From NCBI RefSeq assembly GCF_018977255.1, contig NW_024704742.1, forward strand, positions 16,804,001-16,868,000: DNA of 64,000 bases, given 5' to 3'. Shown one piece after another: positions 50,301 to 63,520 of the stretch. Positions within the stretch are counted from its first letter, which is position 1; each line of letters starts with the position of its first letter. This DNA comes from Callorhinchus milii (lineage: Eukaryota). The notes below the pieces were generated by a model. The model ran no database searches, was not told the DNA's origin, and was given only the letters and a program-made list of their open reading frames with translations. A program made the translations under genes and the position numbers.

Positions 50301-52134
50301 CCAAATAGACAGCAATTACATATTACAATAAATCCTGTGAAGCATTTTAATAGTGTAGTAAGTTGCTATACCAAATGCAAGAATTATCGTATCATGTGAT
50401 ATGCATGAAATACAGGAATCTAAATAAGGAAAAAAAATTACAGAAATGTCATTTTGACTCAATAGCACTTACATCTCTATGTTTGAACCTCGTATTTTAA
50501 TTTATCTGATCTAATCTGATACTCCAAAAATACACTGAGGGAGTATTGTTGTAGGTACCATTTTTTCTTTCACTAACTACACTAGCAAAAGTTTACAACC
50601 GACTTTGAGCTGGCAGAAACACAACCAAGGTTTTGTTTGTTATGGCGGGTGGTCTAGCTGGACATATTCATGAGCGGCACTCTAAACCACAATAAGAGCA
50701 GGGAATTCTTCCTATCTTATATGTCTAAAGTATCCATACTCCCCCTCCACACATGCGCACCCCCCACCAAAAAAAATTGATCATGAATGTCCTTATTGTG
50801 GCTAAAATCTGCTCTTCACAAACCAGATTTGTTTCATTAATGCTAACTTGCAAATGTTATGTGGAGATTCACAATGAGGCAGATCAAGCGACCCAAACCG
50901 ACAACACCCAGAATGAATCCACTAAGCAAATACAGCCAGATTGGGATTCATGAATTTCACTGTGAGTTTCGAAATGCACTATTCGTAAACTGGAAGTTGT
51001 ATTTCATGCAAGTTAATGCATATTACAAATCCCATTTTGTTACCATTTCTGTGGTAAAGGATTATTGACTAACTTGAAATTGAGCGCAACCTAAATTAAA
51101 CTGCTCATTGAATTTTTCTAAATGTCACAATGCTGCCTTAACCAATTTGTTCAATATCTAGAAGCACCAGACATTGATGTATTGCAGTGTTCTGTGACCA
51201 AGTCAGCAAATGTGACCATGATGAAGAGCCTCCACTCCTCCTTGAAATAACAATGCCTTTCACTCTATTGTTCATCCCTGGTAGAGCTCACTAGATGGTA
51301 CACTTTACAAATAGTGTTTTGGTATTGTAGGAAACCTCCATATCCGATAAAGTGAAATCCATCATAACACTGTCAAACAGCAAACTGTGACTTTTATTCA
51401 GCAGCCTGTCCAAGACTGATGCACAATGCAGATAAATTTTCCTTTCTGAAAGATGAATTCTTCCATGTGGTAAGCTGGCTTCTCTCCGACTAATGCTGAT
51501 CTATCCTTGTCGGTTACTTACTGGCTCCTTTGTTCAAGGAGATAGAATTTGACCCATTTCAATAGCTGTTTGAAATCAAAGCCATTATATTCTTCTTTGT
51601 TAAATAGAGTTGAAAGCAGTCTCCTGTGTCTGCTGGCTCAGCATAGGCAAACCATCAGATAACTTGAACAGAATTTTCCTATGTAATTCTATGTTCTTCA
51701 AGTTGAAAGACAGACTGAAGGAAATAAGAAAAAATTATCTGTTATACAATGTGAATCTAAGCAAGAAGCTGCCTTTTTCTCAATTGTGATGGTTTGATAC
51801 TTGTAACAGGTATCTCTGTTTCGAAATAAAGCTTTCCTTTCTTCATCTAATACCTTATAAATTCACTGAACCTGTCCTCTCACTCTGTTTCTCTCTTTCT
51901 TCTCCCATTCTTTTTAAAATTTCTTCGAGATGGAAGCTGAAAATCATATTCTACTGCAGTTTGTTCAAAGTAAGGTTCAGATTTATTCATATAAAGAAAT
52001 TCACTTTACTCTCTGAAACTTTAGCCTCCGTGGAGGGCGCTATATAAGTAAAAGTTTTTGTTGTTGTAAAGAAATCCACCATGTTGCTTAGACTTACATA
52101 GATTGTACAGGATGGAAAAATGTCATTTGACCTA

Positions 52135-52480
52135 ACAACAACAGCTTGCATTTATATAGTGCCTTTCACATAAGGAGCTTGATCCCGAGCTGGCGACAGG
52201 GGAGGTGACCATAGACACAAGAGGAAGGTCTTCAGATGGGCAAGGAGCGGGCAATGTTTAGGGATTGAGGCAGAATTCCAGAATTTGGGGACATAATGGT
52301 TGAAAGCAAGGCCATCAATGGTAGAGCTAAGGGAATTTACAGAAGACCAGAGCCAGCTGAGCGAAGTGGGTGGGTACAAGAGTGGGGTGTAAGCAGGTTC
52401 AGAGAGGTAAGGAGATGCCAGGGCATGAAATGATTTGCATGCAACTATGACGATCTTGAAACCAATCATGGTGCAGTGGT
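52135..52480 (-). mobile_element. Old L2 3' fragment
   Basis: aacaacaacagcttgcatttatatagtgcctttcac tail; reverse strand FKIVIVACKSFHALASPYLSE. Confidence 0.75.
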
Positions 52481-53755
52481 GTCTGGCAAGGATTGGGGTG
52501 AAAGCAATATATCAAATGCAATGATATTATTGCTCATTTTTATGCCCTATTCAGATATGGATCTGAAGTGTGTATTTTATTATCATCTATTTTCCATGAT
52601 ATGGATATCAACTCTCATTCTAAACATGTCTCATGGCTTAATAGGTATGCCATTGTGAATATATTAACAAAATGGGAACATCACAAATAATTGTGTGGCG
52701 TCAGGAAGATATAATGGCGCCTAACAATTCTGCTAATGTTATTACCTCTGAGAATGAAGGTGTTTAGAAATAATAGTCAAAAGTCAAAGGAATAATTTCT
52801 ATTTATCGTTCATTTGATATACAATAAGGCAAAATAAACTAAATATTCTTTAGAGGTTTCATAGGTCGAGAGGGAGCAGATTGGTTGATTCAAAGATAGA
52901 CATTTTCTGTGAGCCTATGTTCTGTTTACTGTATAAGAAGGGAATTATTGATCCGCAGTGTGCATGTACCAGATAAATGAGCAGAATTATCTGAAGATTA
53001 GAGATACTTAGGGTATACCAAAAAATGAATAAAAGAATAAAATAACAACAATCATCATTTTCCAGAGCCTCTTTTGTCAGAACTGGTGAGCTGCTATTGA
53101 TACAGAATGTCCTCAGAGGAATTCAGGCATATAAAAACAGGGATTGAATTGGGAATAGGAATACAGTGGGGAAGTGGGATTGTAGTAAACCATTGTGAGC
53201 CAGTGCAGGCTTGATGGGCTTATGTCTGCCCTGTAGGTTTCTGTGTTTACAGGATGCAAACATTGCATCACAAGATCAAAAGAAATCAATTAGAATTGAG
53301 TGAAGAATAATATTTTGTGTGGTATCAGGCGGATATAATAAAGAAAATCATTAAGCCTTACTTCGGGACTTCAAGCTCATAGTCTAGGCTCATATTGATT
53401 TGCAGTACTAGAAGAATGTTGCATTGCCAGAGATACCATCCTTTGGATGATATGTTAAAGCAATGTTCCATTTGCGCTTGGAATGTACCAACCATCTGCA
53501 GCTCAACTTTCTGAAGAAGACAACAACATCATCCTTGGTACCCACAAACATCTCCTCAAGATGGGAATTTCAATGTTATATTTTATTAAGAAATCCCATG
53601 AAGAAATACTGCAATTTCCATGAAATAACTTGCTTGGTTTAATCAATCTGGCTTTGCCTTTGCTGCCACCTTCTGCAGAATAGTTAACTATACATTTGAA
53701 GTAACCAAATTACTAGAGGCAGTTGTGGACAGAACTGAACAGTGGGTGGACAAAT

Positions 53756-55536
53756 GATTCTTTCCTCTGACTCTCACTGCGAGAAAATGCTGGACTTCCT
53801 CGAGTCCAAAATCGAGGGAATCTGCTCTGCTGCCACTGCCACTTCCATCCCCTCCCTACCCCCAACCCACACTCCGACAATTACCCATCCCTCCTTCCAT
53901 ACCTTTGAACCTGTCAAAGCCTCCTCTGTCTTCACCACCATATCCTCCATGAAGCCCACCATCTTCTCCCTGGACCCCCCACCCCACCCCTCTTCTTAAA
54001 TCCGAGCTCCACCTCCTTGCCCCACTACTCGCCGACATCATTAACCTCTCCCTGTCATCTGGCACTGTTCCTTCCCCCCTTAAAACAGCCATTATCACCA
54101 CCTTGAAGAAACCTTCCCTTGACCCAACACAGCTATCCAGCTACCGGCCCATCTCAAACCTTCCTTTCCTATTCAAGGTCCTTGAGAGACGTTGCCTCCC
54201 AGCTTCATTCTTTCCTTTCCTCTCACTCCTTCCATGAACCTCTCCAATCGGGTTTCCATGCTGTCCACAGCACGGAAACTGCTCTGGTCAAGGTCACAAA
54301 CAACATCCTGACCATGTGTGACCAGGTCTCCCTTCTGCCTCCTCATCCTCCTCGACCTCCTGCTGCCTTTGACAGCGTGGACCATTCATTCCTCCTCCAC
54401 CGCCTCTCCTCTCACCTCAACCTTCAAGATTCTGTCCTTGATTGGTTCAGGTCCTACCTTTCACACTGCCTCCACTTTGTCGCAGCAAATGGATTCTCCT
54501 CCAGCCTCCGCGCCATCTCATGCAGTTTTCCTCAGGGCTCTGTTCTCGGTCTCCTCCTCTTCAACCTTTATATGCTCCCCTTGGTGACATCATCCGCAGA
54601 CATGGGGCAAATTTCCACATGTATGCAACGACACCCAACTCTATCTCTCTGCCTCCACCCTCAACTCCAGGACTACTGGCGTACTGACCGATTGCCTGTC
54701 TGACATCAAGTCTTGGATGAGGGATAACCTTCTCCAACTCAATGTCAGCAAAACCAAGGCCCTCATGATTGGCTCGCGCCAGCGCCTACGCACCTCTGGT
54801 GCTGGCAGCATCAGCATCAGCATCCACAGCTGCATACCCAACCTCACTAAGCCAGTCAGGAACCTGGGTGTCTTGTTTGACTCTGAACTGTCCTTTCTCC
54901 TCCTTATCCATGCCATGACCGGCACTGCCTACCACCACCTCCGCAACATTGCCAGACTCCACCACTATCTCATGGAAGCTCCCTCCTCATCGGCCTTCCC
55001 AACTGTTCCCTTCACAAGCTGCAGATCATCCAAAACTCTGCAGCTTGTGTACTCTCACATACCAGGCTCTGTGACCCCATCACTCCCACCCTCACCTGAC
55101 TCCACTGGCTCCCTATCACCCAGATGATCAAGTTCAAGATCCTCAGCCTCACTTGCAAGGCCATCCGTGGCCTTGCCCCCTCCTACCTCTCCGACCTGCT
55201 ACCTACCAACTTGCCGCTCCCTCCATTCAGCGGGCTTCGGTCTGTCTCCCGCCTGAATCCCCTACCATTGGTGGCCGGGCTTTCAGCATCTCTGCCCCCA
55301 CTCTCTGGAACTCCATCCCATGGTCCCTTTGCCTCGCTTCCTCCCTTGCCTCCTTCAAGGCCGGTCTCAAAACCCTTCTCTTGGATCGTGCCTTTGGTCG
55401 CCCTCTCACCTCTCTGCCTTCCCTCACCCCTACACCATCCCTCCCCCATGCTTGGGTCCCGACACCTGACTGTTCAGCACTTTGGGGTGTCCTCCTGATG
55501 TGGAAGGCGCTCTATAAATGTAATTTTGTGTTGTTG
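53756..55536 (+). mobile_element. L2 LINE, 5'-truncated (~1.8 kb), disrupted reverse transcriptase
   Basis: [53 protein letters not shown] and VRNLGVLFDSELSF occur in shifting frames; tail ggcgctctataaatgtaattttgtgttgttg. Confidence 0.93.
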
Positions 55537-55901
55537 ATGCCTACTTACGTTTGCACTGTAAGGTTTGCATAGTCTCTTCAGTCAGAAACAAACAGCTACT
55601 TGCTTCAACAATTACAATTGATATGCATTAGGACTTAAAGGAAATAAGTGGGAACCTACAACCATTGTTACCATTGCCAGTATATCTACTCAGTGATGGA
55701 ATACTGCAGCCTGTCTGAAAGGGTCCAGATCAAACACAATTCATATGTCCAATTACTTCTGCCATTGCAACTTTCTCCTAAACACAGTCAGCTTAATCTT
55801 TATGTCTTGTACACAGATGTTAGAACAAACTTTCAGATGCTGGTTGTGGCTCGTTGAAGCATAATAATAATAATAATCCTTGCATTTGATATAGCATTTT
55901 T

Positions 55902-56137
55902 CACATACTCTGACATTCCCAAACCTTGGCTGTTGCCAACCTGTGCCTAATACTCTATGGGTTTAAGTAAGTAGGGTGTGTCCCTCTTGGAAGAGAATGT
56001 GTATTCCATTCCAGACACAGGGAAATTTCCATGTGTAGGTGGCATACATATGTGGAATTCTCAGTCTGGTTGGCATACTCTTAAAGTATGGTAACTGGTT
56101 GGTTCATGTATCCGACACCCAGCTGACTAAATTATAT
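55902..56137. mobile_element. Element X, copy 2 (opposite orientation to copy 1)
   Basis: Aligns end to end with the reverse complement of 24816-25030, e.g. gtgtccctc, gtgtattccattcca, catgtgtaggtgg, tggaattctcagt, gacacccagctgac. Confidence 0.8.
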
Positions 56138-57770
56138 GGGTGAAGAGTAGGAGTTTTATTTTAACGTTTTTATTTATGAAAACTCCAAGCCATTCTAACA
56201 GCAAGTCATGGATTATAATTCAAATTGAAGGGTGTCTAGGTGTTTGGCAAGAAATGCAAGTATTTATGCACCATGAATAACATAGCAGAGTGGATTCTGT
56301 CATCCAAGGGCAGCCAATTAGAGCCCCGAATCATTTGAGTAGAATGCAGCAGATGTTATAGTTTCCACTGGCAAACGTCAATAATAACGCTGAATTGCTA
56401 ATGTAAGAATATTTCTTTAAATAGATAAAGAATTTTGTTCCGGTTTGAGCAAGTTCGTTTTTAACATTGATAAGTATTTGAGCAAGGAATATATTTCCAA
56501 ACATTTGTTTTTGAGTTCGTCTACAGACCACTGAAATAGTGAAGGATCCTTTGTGAAAGTTTTCATTTCCTAAAGATGTGTGGAATGCATACCTGTGATA
56601 AAGCACAACTTAGCTTGTACACTTTCTGTATTTATATTGGTGCAAGTTATTCAATGTTCTTCAGTGCATCAGAGAAAAGCAGAATATCCAAACCACTGGT
56701 GTATGGCTTAGATACTCTAGCTATATTTGCACCATGGACTTCAGCAGGTAATATATTATACTTAAAGTGCAAGCTGATGTCTACATTCTTCACTTTATGA
56801 ACAATTTATAGCTAGACTCAACAAAAATGTTATTACAAGTACTGTGTGTATTTCAAACCCAAAGAACACTAATCTCACTGATCTCAGCCCTGGAAATAAG
56901 AAAAGTCCTTCTGTCATTTAAACTGTATACCCAGTAACAATCACGCATTTAGAGCAGTTCATGAAATTGTGGGTTTCAATATTCTTGCAACTTGGCCACA
57001 ATACCTCATTGTAGTTGCCTAGATGGAACATTTACTGTAATAGCTCCCTAAGAAGCTAAGTTCTTCCTGCTATACCGCATTACCTAGTTTTTAAACTTAA
57101 GTCAACAACAGGACTGAATCCTAGCTTTTTTGTCTTTCAGATCAAAATCAAGCATCTGCCTGGAGCATACCAGCACCGACAGTTTCTAAAGCAGTTCCTG
57201 TTGTAATGCCACATGTTATTGATGTGCAGTTTGATGTGAATACTATTCTCGGCAGACCTTCAGATCAGTGAACTTGAGGGTTCATTCAAGAATCCTTTGA
57301 TTGTGCAGATATCAAAGACCTTGTCTGCCCCAGTCACCTGAGGCAGCAGAGAAATAAGCTGCTATTAGATCACAATTAATTACTTATCAGCGCTAGGTTC
57401 AGATATAATAGCTATGAAAATACTTTGGTATTCAAACTGGGAATAATACATTTATATTATTTGATTCTTCTGGGTATACATTCTCACCACAACTGCTCTC
57501 ATTACACATTCAAAGTGTGTTCACTATTATTTAAATTAACTTTACACTTGGGGGAAAAAAAGGAACTGGATCAACAACTGGAACAACAATTTGCACTTAT
57601 ATAATATGTAAGGTAATGTCTCAAAACCCTTTACAGATTTGAAGTGGAAATTGGATCAAGTTGGGAGATGGATGAGAAAAGATCAAAGATCAAAGATGCA
57701 TTTGCAGAGGTTGACGACCAGTAATATAATGCAATTAAGTGTCAGCCTTGCTCAGGTGCTCCTTTTGAGC

Positions 57771-60078
57771 ACCTCACCCTCTCCCACCCCTCCTTCCTCT
57801 CACTTAAAATCCTCCTCCTCTACCGGCCCCCTAAAACCTCTCCCACCTTTATCTCTGATGTTTCGACACTTCTCACATCTCTCTGCCTCTGCTCTGATCG
57901 CCTCATCATCCTGGGCGACTTTAACCTGCACTTCACCCCCTCCTGCTCAATCTCCTCAGATTTCTCTTCCCTGCTCTCCTCGCTCAACCTCTCCCTCCAC
58001 ATCAACTCCCCACTCACAGTCACGGCCACCCACTCGACTTGGTGATCACCCGGGGCCTCAGTGTCTCGGATGTCACTATCACCGACAAGGCCATCTCCGA
58101 CCACCACTTCATCTCCTTCACCACCTCCACCGCCCTCCCCACCTCCACCAGACCCACCACCATCTTCTACCGCCCCTGGAAGAAGTTACCCCCTCAATCC
58201 CTAACCGCTGCCTTGGAGTCCTCTGAACTTTTGGATTTCCTTGAATCCAAAATCAAGGGAATTCGCTCCGCGATCACTTCCACTCCAACATCCACCCACC
58301 TCCCACCCCTTCCCTCTCACACTCCGACTCCTACCCATCCTCCCCTACACACTTTCGTACCCGTTTCCCCACCCTCTGACACCAAACTCATCCTATCCCT
58401 GAAACCCACCACCTGCTCCCTTGACCCCATCCCCACTCCACTCCTTATCTCCCAGCTCCACCTCCTTGCCCAACATATCACAGACATCGTCAACCTGTCC
58501 CTCTCCTCTGGCTCTGTTCCCATTCCCTTAAAAACTGCCACCATCACTCCCACCTTGAAAAACCCTCCCTTGATGCGTCGCAGCTATCAAGCTACTGGCC
58601 CATCTCCAACCTCCCCTTCCTGTCCAAGGTCCTGGAACGAGTTGTCGCCTTCCAAGCTGCGCTCTTTCCTCTCCAACCATTCATTACTCGAACCCCTTCA
58701 GTTGGGTTTCCGTGCTGCCCATAGCACAGAAACTGCCCTGGTCAAGGTCACCAATGACATCCTGACCATCTGTGACCAGGGCTCCTTCTGCCTCCTCGTC
58801 CTCCTCGACCTATCGGCAGCATTCGATACGGTCAACCACGCTATCCTCCTCCACCGCTTGTCCTCCCACCTAAACCTTCAAGGCCTTGTCCTTGAGTGGT
58901 TTAGGTCGTATCTCTCCCACCGTCTTCATTTTGTCTCCACGAATGGTTTTTCCTCCGGCCCCCACACTGTCTCGTGCGGTATCCCTCAAGGCTCTGTCCT
59001 CGGTCCCCTCCTCTTCACCCTCTATATGCTCCCACTTGGTGACATCATCCACAGATATCGGGTTAACTTCCACATGTATGCGGATGACACCCAACTCTAC
59101 CTTTCCTCCTCTATCCTCAACTCCACGACCACCGATGTCCTGACAGCTGCCTGTCCGACATCGAGTCCTGGACGAGAGATAACTTTCTCCAGTTCAACAT
59201 GCGCAAAACTGAGGCCCTCCTGATTGGCTCGCGTCAGCGCCTCCGCACCTCAGGCGCCGACACCATCAGCATCCAAGGCTGCACTCTAAACCTCTCAAAG
59301 CCAGTCAGGAACCTCGGGGTTCTGTTCGACCCTGAGCTGTCCTTTCTCCCTCATATCCGCGCCACAACTGGCACCGCCTTCCATCACCTCCAGAATGTCG
59401 CCAGACTACGGCACTACCTCACCCCTCACGCTGCTGAAACTCTGGTCCACGCCTTTATCACCTCAAGGCTGGACTATGGGAACTCTCTCCTCACCGGCCT
59501 TCCCGGCACCTCCCTCCACAAGTTGCAGGTCATTCAGAACTCTGCAGCTCGTGTACTGTCCCGCACCAGGCTTCGTGACCACATCACTCCCACCCTCACT
59601 CGCCTCCACTGGCTTCCCATCCCCAGAGGATCGAATTCAAGATCCTCATCCTCACCTACAAGGCCATTCACGGCCTTGCTCCCTCCTACCTCTCCAACCT
59701 ACTATCCCCCTACCTACCTGCCCATACCCTCCGTTCCTCTGGCTCCGGTCTGCTCCACATCCCCCGCCCCAACCACCCTACCATCGGTGGCCGGGCCTTC
59801 AGCCTCTCAGCCCCTCGGCTCTGGAACTCTATCCCCCAGTGCCTTTGCCTTGCCTCCTCCCTTTCCTCCTTCAAGGCCGGTCTCAAGACCTTTCTCTTTG
59901 ACCGTGCCTTCAGCTCCCCTCTTGACTCTCTACCCCCTCCTCGCTCCCTCCCTTCCCTCCCCTCACCCTGACCATTTCCCCCCTGCTCGGGTCCTGACCC
60001 AACTGTACAGTGCCTTGGGACGTCCTCCCGACGTGAAAGGCGCTCAATAAATGGAATCTTGTTGTTGTTGTTGTTGTT
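57771..60078 (+). mobile_element. L2 LINE (~2.3 kb): partial AP endonuclease, reverse transcriptase and 3' UTR; non-functional
   Basis: [15 protein letters not shown] and LDLVIT...ISDHH (endonuclease); [25 protein letters not shown] and YADD at 59077-59088; several frameshifts and an internal deletion; (gtt)n tail. Confidence 0.95.
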
Positions 60079-60540
60079 GAGTCAGTAGGTTATGAGTTGA
60101 AGCCCCATGTAGGGACTTGCTGTACTCTGTCCAGCGCCTTGGGACGTCCTCCCGAATTGAAATGCGCTATACAAATGTAATCTTGTTGTTGTTGTTGAAA
60201 CTCAGATAAACTGGGTTGACATTCAATTGCAGTCCTTGGGTTGTGCTGTTGTGCTGCATTGCTGGAGGTGCTTTTGATGAGACTTTAAACTGAGATCCTG
60301 TCTGCCTGTTCAGGTGTACATTAAAGATCCCATGGCACTATTTGAAAAGAGAAGGGAGTTTCTCCCGGTGTCCTGGCCAGCAATCCCCAAATAAAATTGG
60401 TCATTCACTTCATGACTGTTTGTGGGACTGTTTGTGCAAATTGGCTGCTGGGTTTGATCACAAGGTACAAGTCACTCCACTCTACAATAAATCCTGTGTA
60501 AAAGGCACTGCAGCAAATGTAATGATTACTAATATCATTA
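60079..60540 (+). mobile_element. DeuSINE body (its 5' end lies at 57741-57769), with a second L2 tail inserted at about 60120-60196
   Basis: gagtcagtaggttatgagttgaagcccc...gatgagactttaaactgagatcctgtctgcctgttcaggtg...aaagatcccatggcactatttgaaaagag...ggtgtcctggcca. Confidence 0.85.
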
Positions 60541-61116
60541 TGTACAGGGGTTTTCCTGCCGAAAACAGTTTTTTTAAGGAATATTTTTGTCCAAAAGTTG
60601 TGCTGTGCAAGATCATTTTTATTTTACAATATACATTTTTACATAGTACCTTTTATGTTGGGAGGATGTCTCAAAGCCCTTGACACCGCTAGCTGGACAC
60701 CCACACTGGAGGTTTGGGAGCTGAAGAAGGTGGGAAGGGAAAGGATGATGCAAAGCGCAGTCAAAGAGGTAAGTCTCGATCATTGCCACGATCTGGTTCT
60801 TGCTAAAAGAATTCATTGATGCAGAAGCATATGCTTTTGCTAGCTATGTGTTCCACATAACTAAGAGTTTCTGAACAAAAACAAATGTGAGATGGCTGAC
60901 TGAAAGGAGAACGTCCCTCAGCATGTTTAATTAGGAGCTTCTTTTGTGTTACCTGTAAGTGGTGTGCTTCTGTTAGAAAGGAATATAACGATTTCATCAT
61001 AGCTCACTGACATTCTGTAAAGTGGTAGCAAAAGGAGTACTATTTTAAGGCAATCACTCACAGCTGTTAAAAATTCAGTTCAGTTTGGGAATAAATCTTG
61101 CTTTAGATCTGTAAAA

Positions 61117-61380
61117 TCATAGACATTTACAATACAAAAGGTGTCCATTCGGCCCATCGTGCCATTGCTGGCTCTCAGAAAGAGTTATCCATTTAGTCAA
61201 ATCACCCCTGCCTTTTCCGATGCCCTTATACACTATATATTTCTCCTTCTCAGATGTTTATCTAATTCCCTCTCAAAAGCTGATATTGATTTATTGATTT
61301 ATTGATTCCACCTCAACCATGAGTCCAAGAAGAATATTTCACACCCTAACAAGTTACTGGGGTAAAAAAGAATTCTTGAC
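61117..61380 (-). mobile_element. CR1 3' tail fragment
   Basis: catagacatttacaatacaaaaggtgtccattcggcccatcgtgcc tail followed by decayed ORF2 end. Confidence 0.72.
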
Positions 61381-62129
61381 TTGTATTGTCGGGTGATCTA
61401 TAATATTTTAAGTGTTGAGCTCCGCATGATAAAATAGAAAATGAGCACACACAATGAAGCAAAGTGATTTTCAGTCTCCCACATTGACATCTGGGATCAG
61501 CCACAATTCACAACTGGTTTGAGATGATTTTCAGTGATTTGATAATTATCACCAGTGTTGCATCACATCACGCTTTGGGTTCTTGCACTACACTCCTTTC
61601 ACATGTTTTATTAATATTTCAGCACAGCTCAATGGATTCATGTATTGGATACATTTTTATATTGGTGAGTCAAAGCTGAACAGTTGCCTAATGCTGACAT
61701 CATGTGAAACATGAACAGAATGTTCAAGTATCCGAAATTATTTATGATACGCTTGACTTTTATGGTTTTGACTTACTGCAAATCAAAGCCTGTTGGTGCT
61801 TAAAGGATGTCCCAGCCTAGACGGAAGTATGATTGTGCTTGAAGATGACTGCTGGAGGCAGTTGAATGACTTTTTCACAAAAGCCATTGAGTACATGCAT
61901 AAAATAAGAGAAATATTATGGTAAACATTTACCCTGTCTACCTTCTGCACCTTATGAACAATTTATAGCTAGACTCAATAAGTACTCTGAAAGGCTACCC
62001 TATGTGAAGGGCACTATAGTATTAACATTATGATTATTATTATTGTTATTATTATATAAATACAAGTTATTGTTGCTGTGTATTATGAGCATTAAGTCAA
62101 TTAACTCCTAAATCTTTTTCAGTAAATTC

Positions 62130-62480
62130 AATGAAGTACATGCATCTCCTATTCTTATTTCCCATATGTGCATTTTACATTTAACTGTATTAAACTTAAT
62201 TTGCAAGTTATCAGCCTATGTGCATACCCTATCAAATTCTCTTTGTGAGACTTTTGCTATCTCCTGTATTTCCATAGTTGCACTAACATTATGTCATCTG
62301 CAAATTTAATGTACACCAGGTCTGCAAACCGAGGTCATTAATGTACGCAAGAAACCAGAGGGTTCCCACGACAGACCCCTGAGGGACTCCACTGGATATT
62401 CCCCCCATTGTGATCTGGCTCACCTCACAGTGACCCTCTATTTCCTTCTCTTCAGCTAATTCTGAATCCATGCCAATGTA
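62130..62480 (-). mobile_element. CR1 reverse transcriptase fragment
   Basis: Reverse strand SSGVPQGSVVGTLWFLAYINDL, then frameshifted KFADD (aaatttgcagatgac). Confidence 0.82.
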
Positions 62481-62890
62481 TAATTTTTGGAAGACGGAGA
62501 ACTTATTAATTACTGATCCGGGTATTTTATTGCTACATGTTTAAAGATTTATAGTATTTCCAAAGATTTCACGTTGGAAAAGATTATCCGGAAAACTGTT
62601 TTCCATATTAAGAATGAATTTAATAATTTTGCTAAACTGCACAATCGTAAACTTCAAGACCATAAGATCATCTTAAGCTTTAAGAACATTAAAAGTTAAG
62701 ACCATGAGAAATTTGGGGCCTCAAGTTAGCTAATTATTAAAACACAGTCCAGTTTAGATACGGAAGGTGCCATTTTCTGTCTTGCTAAGTTTTTCTGTCA
62801 CTGGACCTATATATTGCACTTTTATACAAATGCAATGTTAACATGGCAAATTATGCAGGTTTAGCTGAGTAAACTCCAGCAGCATCTTAA

Positions 62891-63515
62891 CATACTCCCT
62901 GGGATCCCAAATGTTGGTTCGTTCTTGCCAACTTGCATCTAATGTTTTCTAGAATTGGTTGAGAAGAGTGCATCCTTCTGATTTCCATTTATAGGTGGGC
63001 ATACATATGTAATAATCCTCATATGATATAGTGTCTTATCACATCGTTAAGAAATCTCAAAGCACTTCACAGGATATACTGTAAAAATTTGGTCTGTGTG
63101 TATTTTGTGGGAAAACATGACAACCAATTTGCAATAGCGATGTTCAACAAACACCCGTGGAGTGAGTGACCAATTTTATTTGGGGGATCGTTTGCCAGGA
63201 CACTGGAATAAATTCTCTTTTCTTTTTGAATAGTGCCATGGAATCTTTAGTATCCACCTGCACAGGCAGACAGCCTTGATTTAATGTCTCAGACAAAGGA
63301 CAAAAACTCCGACAATAAAACATCCCCTTCCATCTCTGAACTGCACTTCAGTTCAGACTAAAGGGGTTCCATATCCCGATGTGGGGCTTGAAACCAAAAT
63401 CTTCTGACTCAGAGATGAGAGAGCTATCAACTGAGCCAGGCTGACACACAATGTGGAATTCTGCAGGTTTATCATTATAATTATTGGTTGACCCATGTTA
63501 TGGACAATGTTGCCT
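62891..63515. mobile_element. Element X, copy 3, split by a DeuSINE (parts 62891-63010 and 63449-63515)
   Basis: catactc...ttgccaac...atttccatttataggtgggcatacatatgt, then after the SINE atgtggaattctgcag...ttggttgacccatgt, collinear with copy 2. Confidence 0.65.
63011..63448 (-). mobile_element. DeuSINE, full length
   Basis: Same layout as 39150-39604; head cttctgactcagagatgagagagctatcaactgagccaggctgacac. Confidence 0.85.
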
Positions 63516-63520
63516 GTAAC

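Noticed and set aside
51218..51250. atgatgaagag...ctcttgaaa, a hammerhead-like core; also ctgatgagg at about 40696
   Set aside because: The first lacks the conserved C and has the wrong stem II register; the second has no GAAA after stem II. I could not find flanking stems for either.
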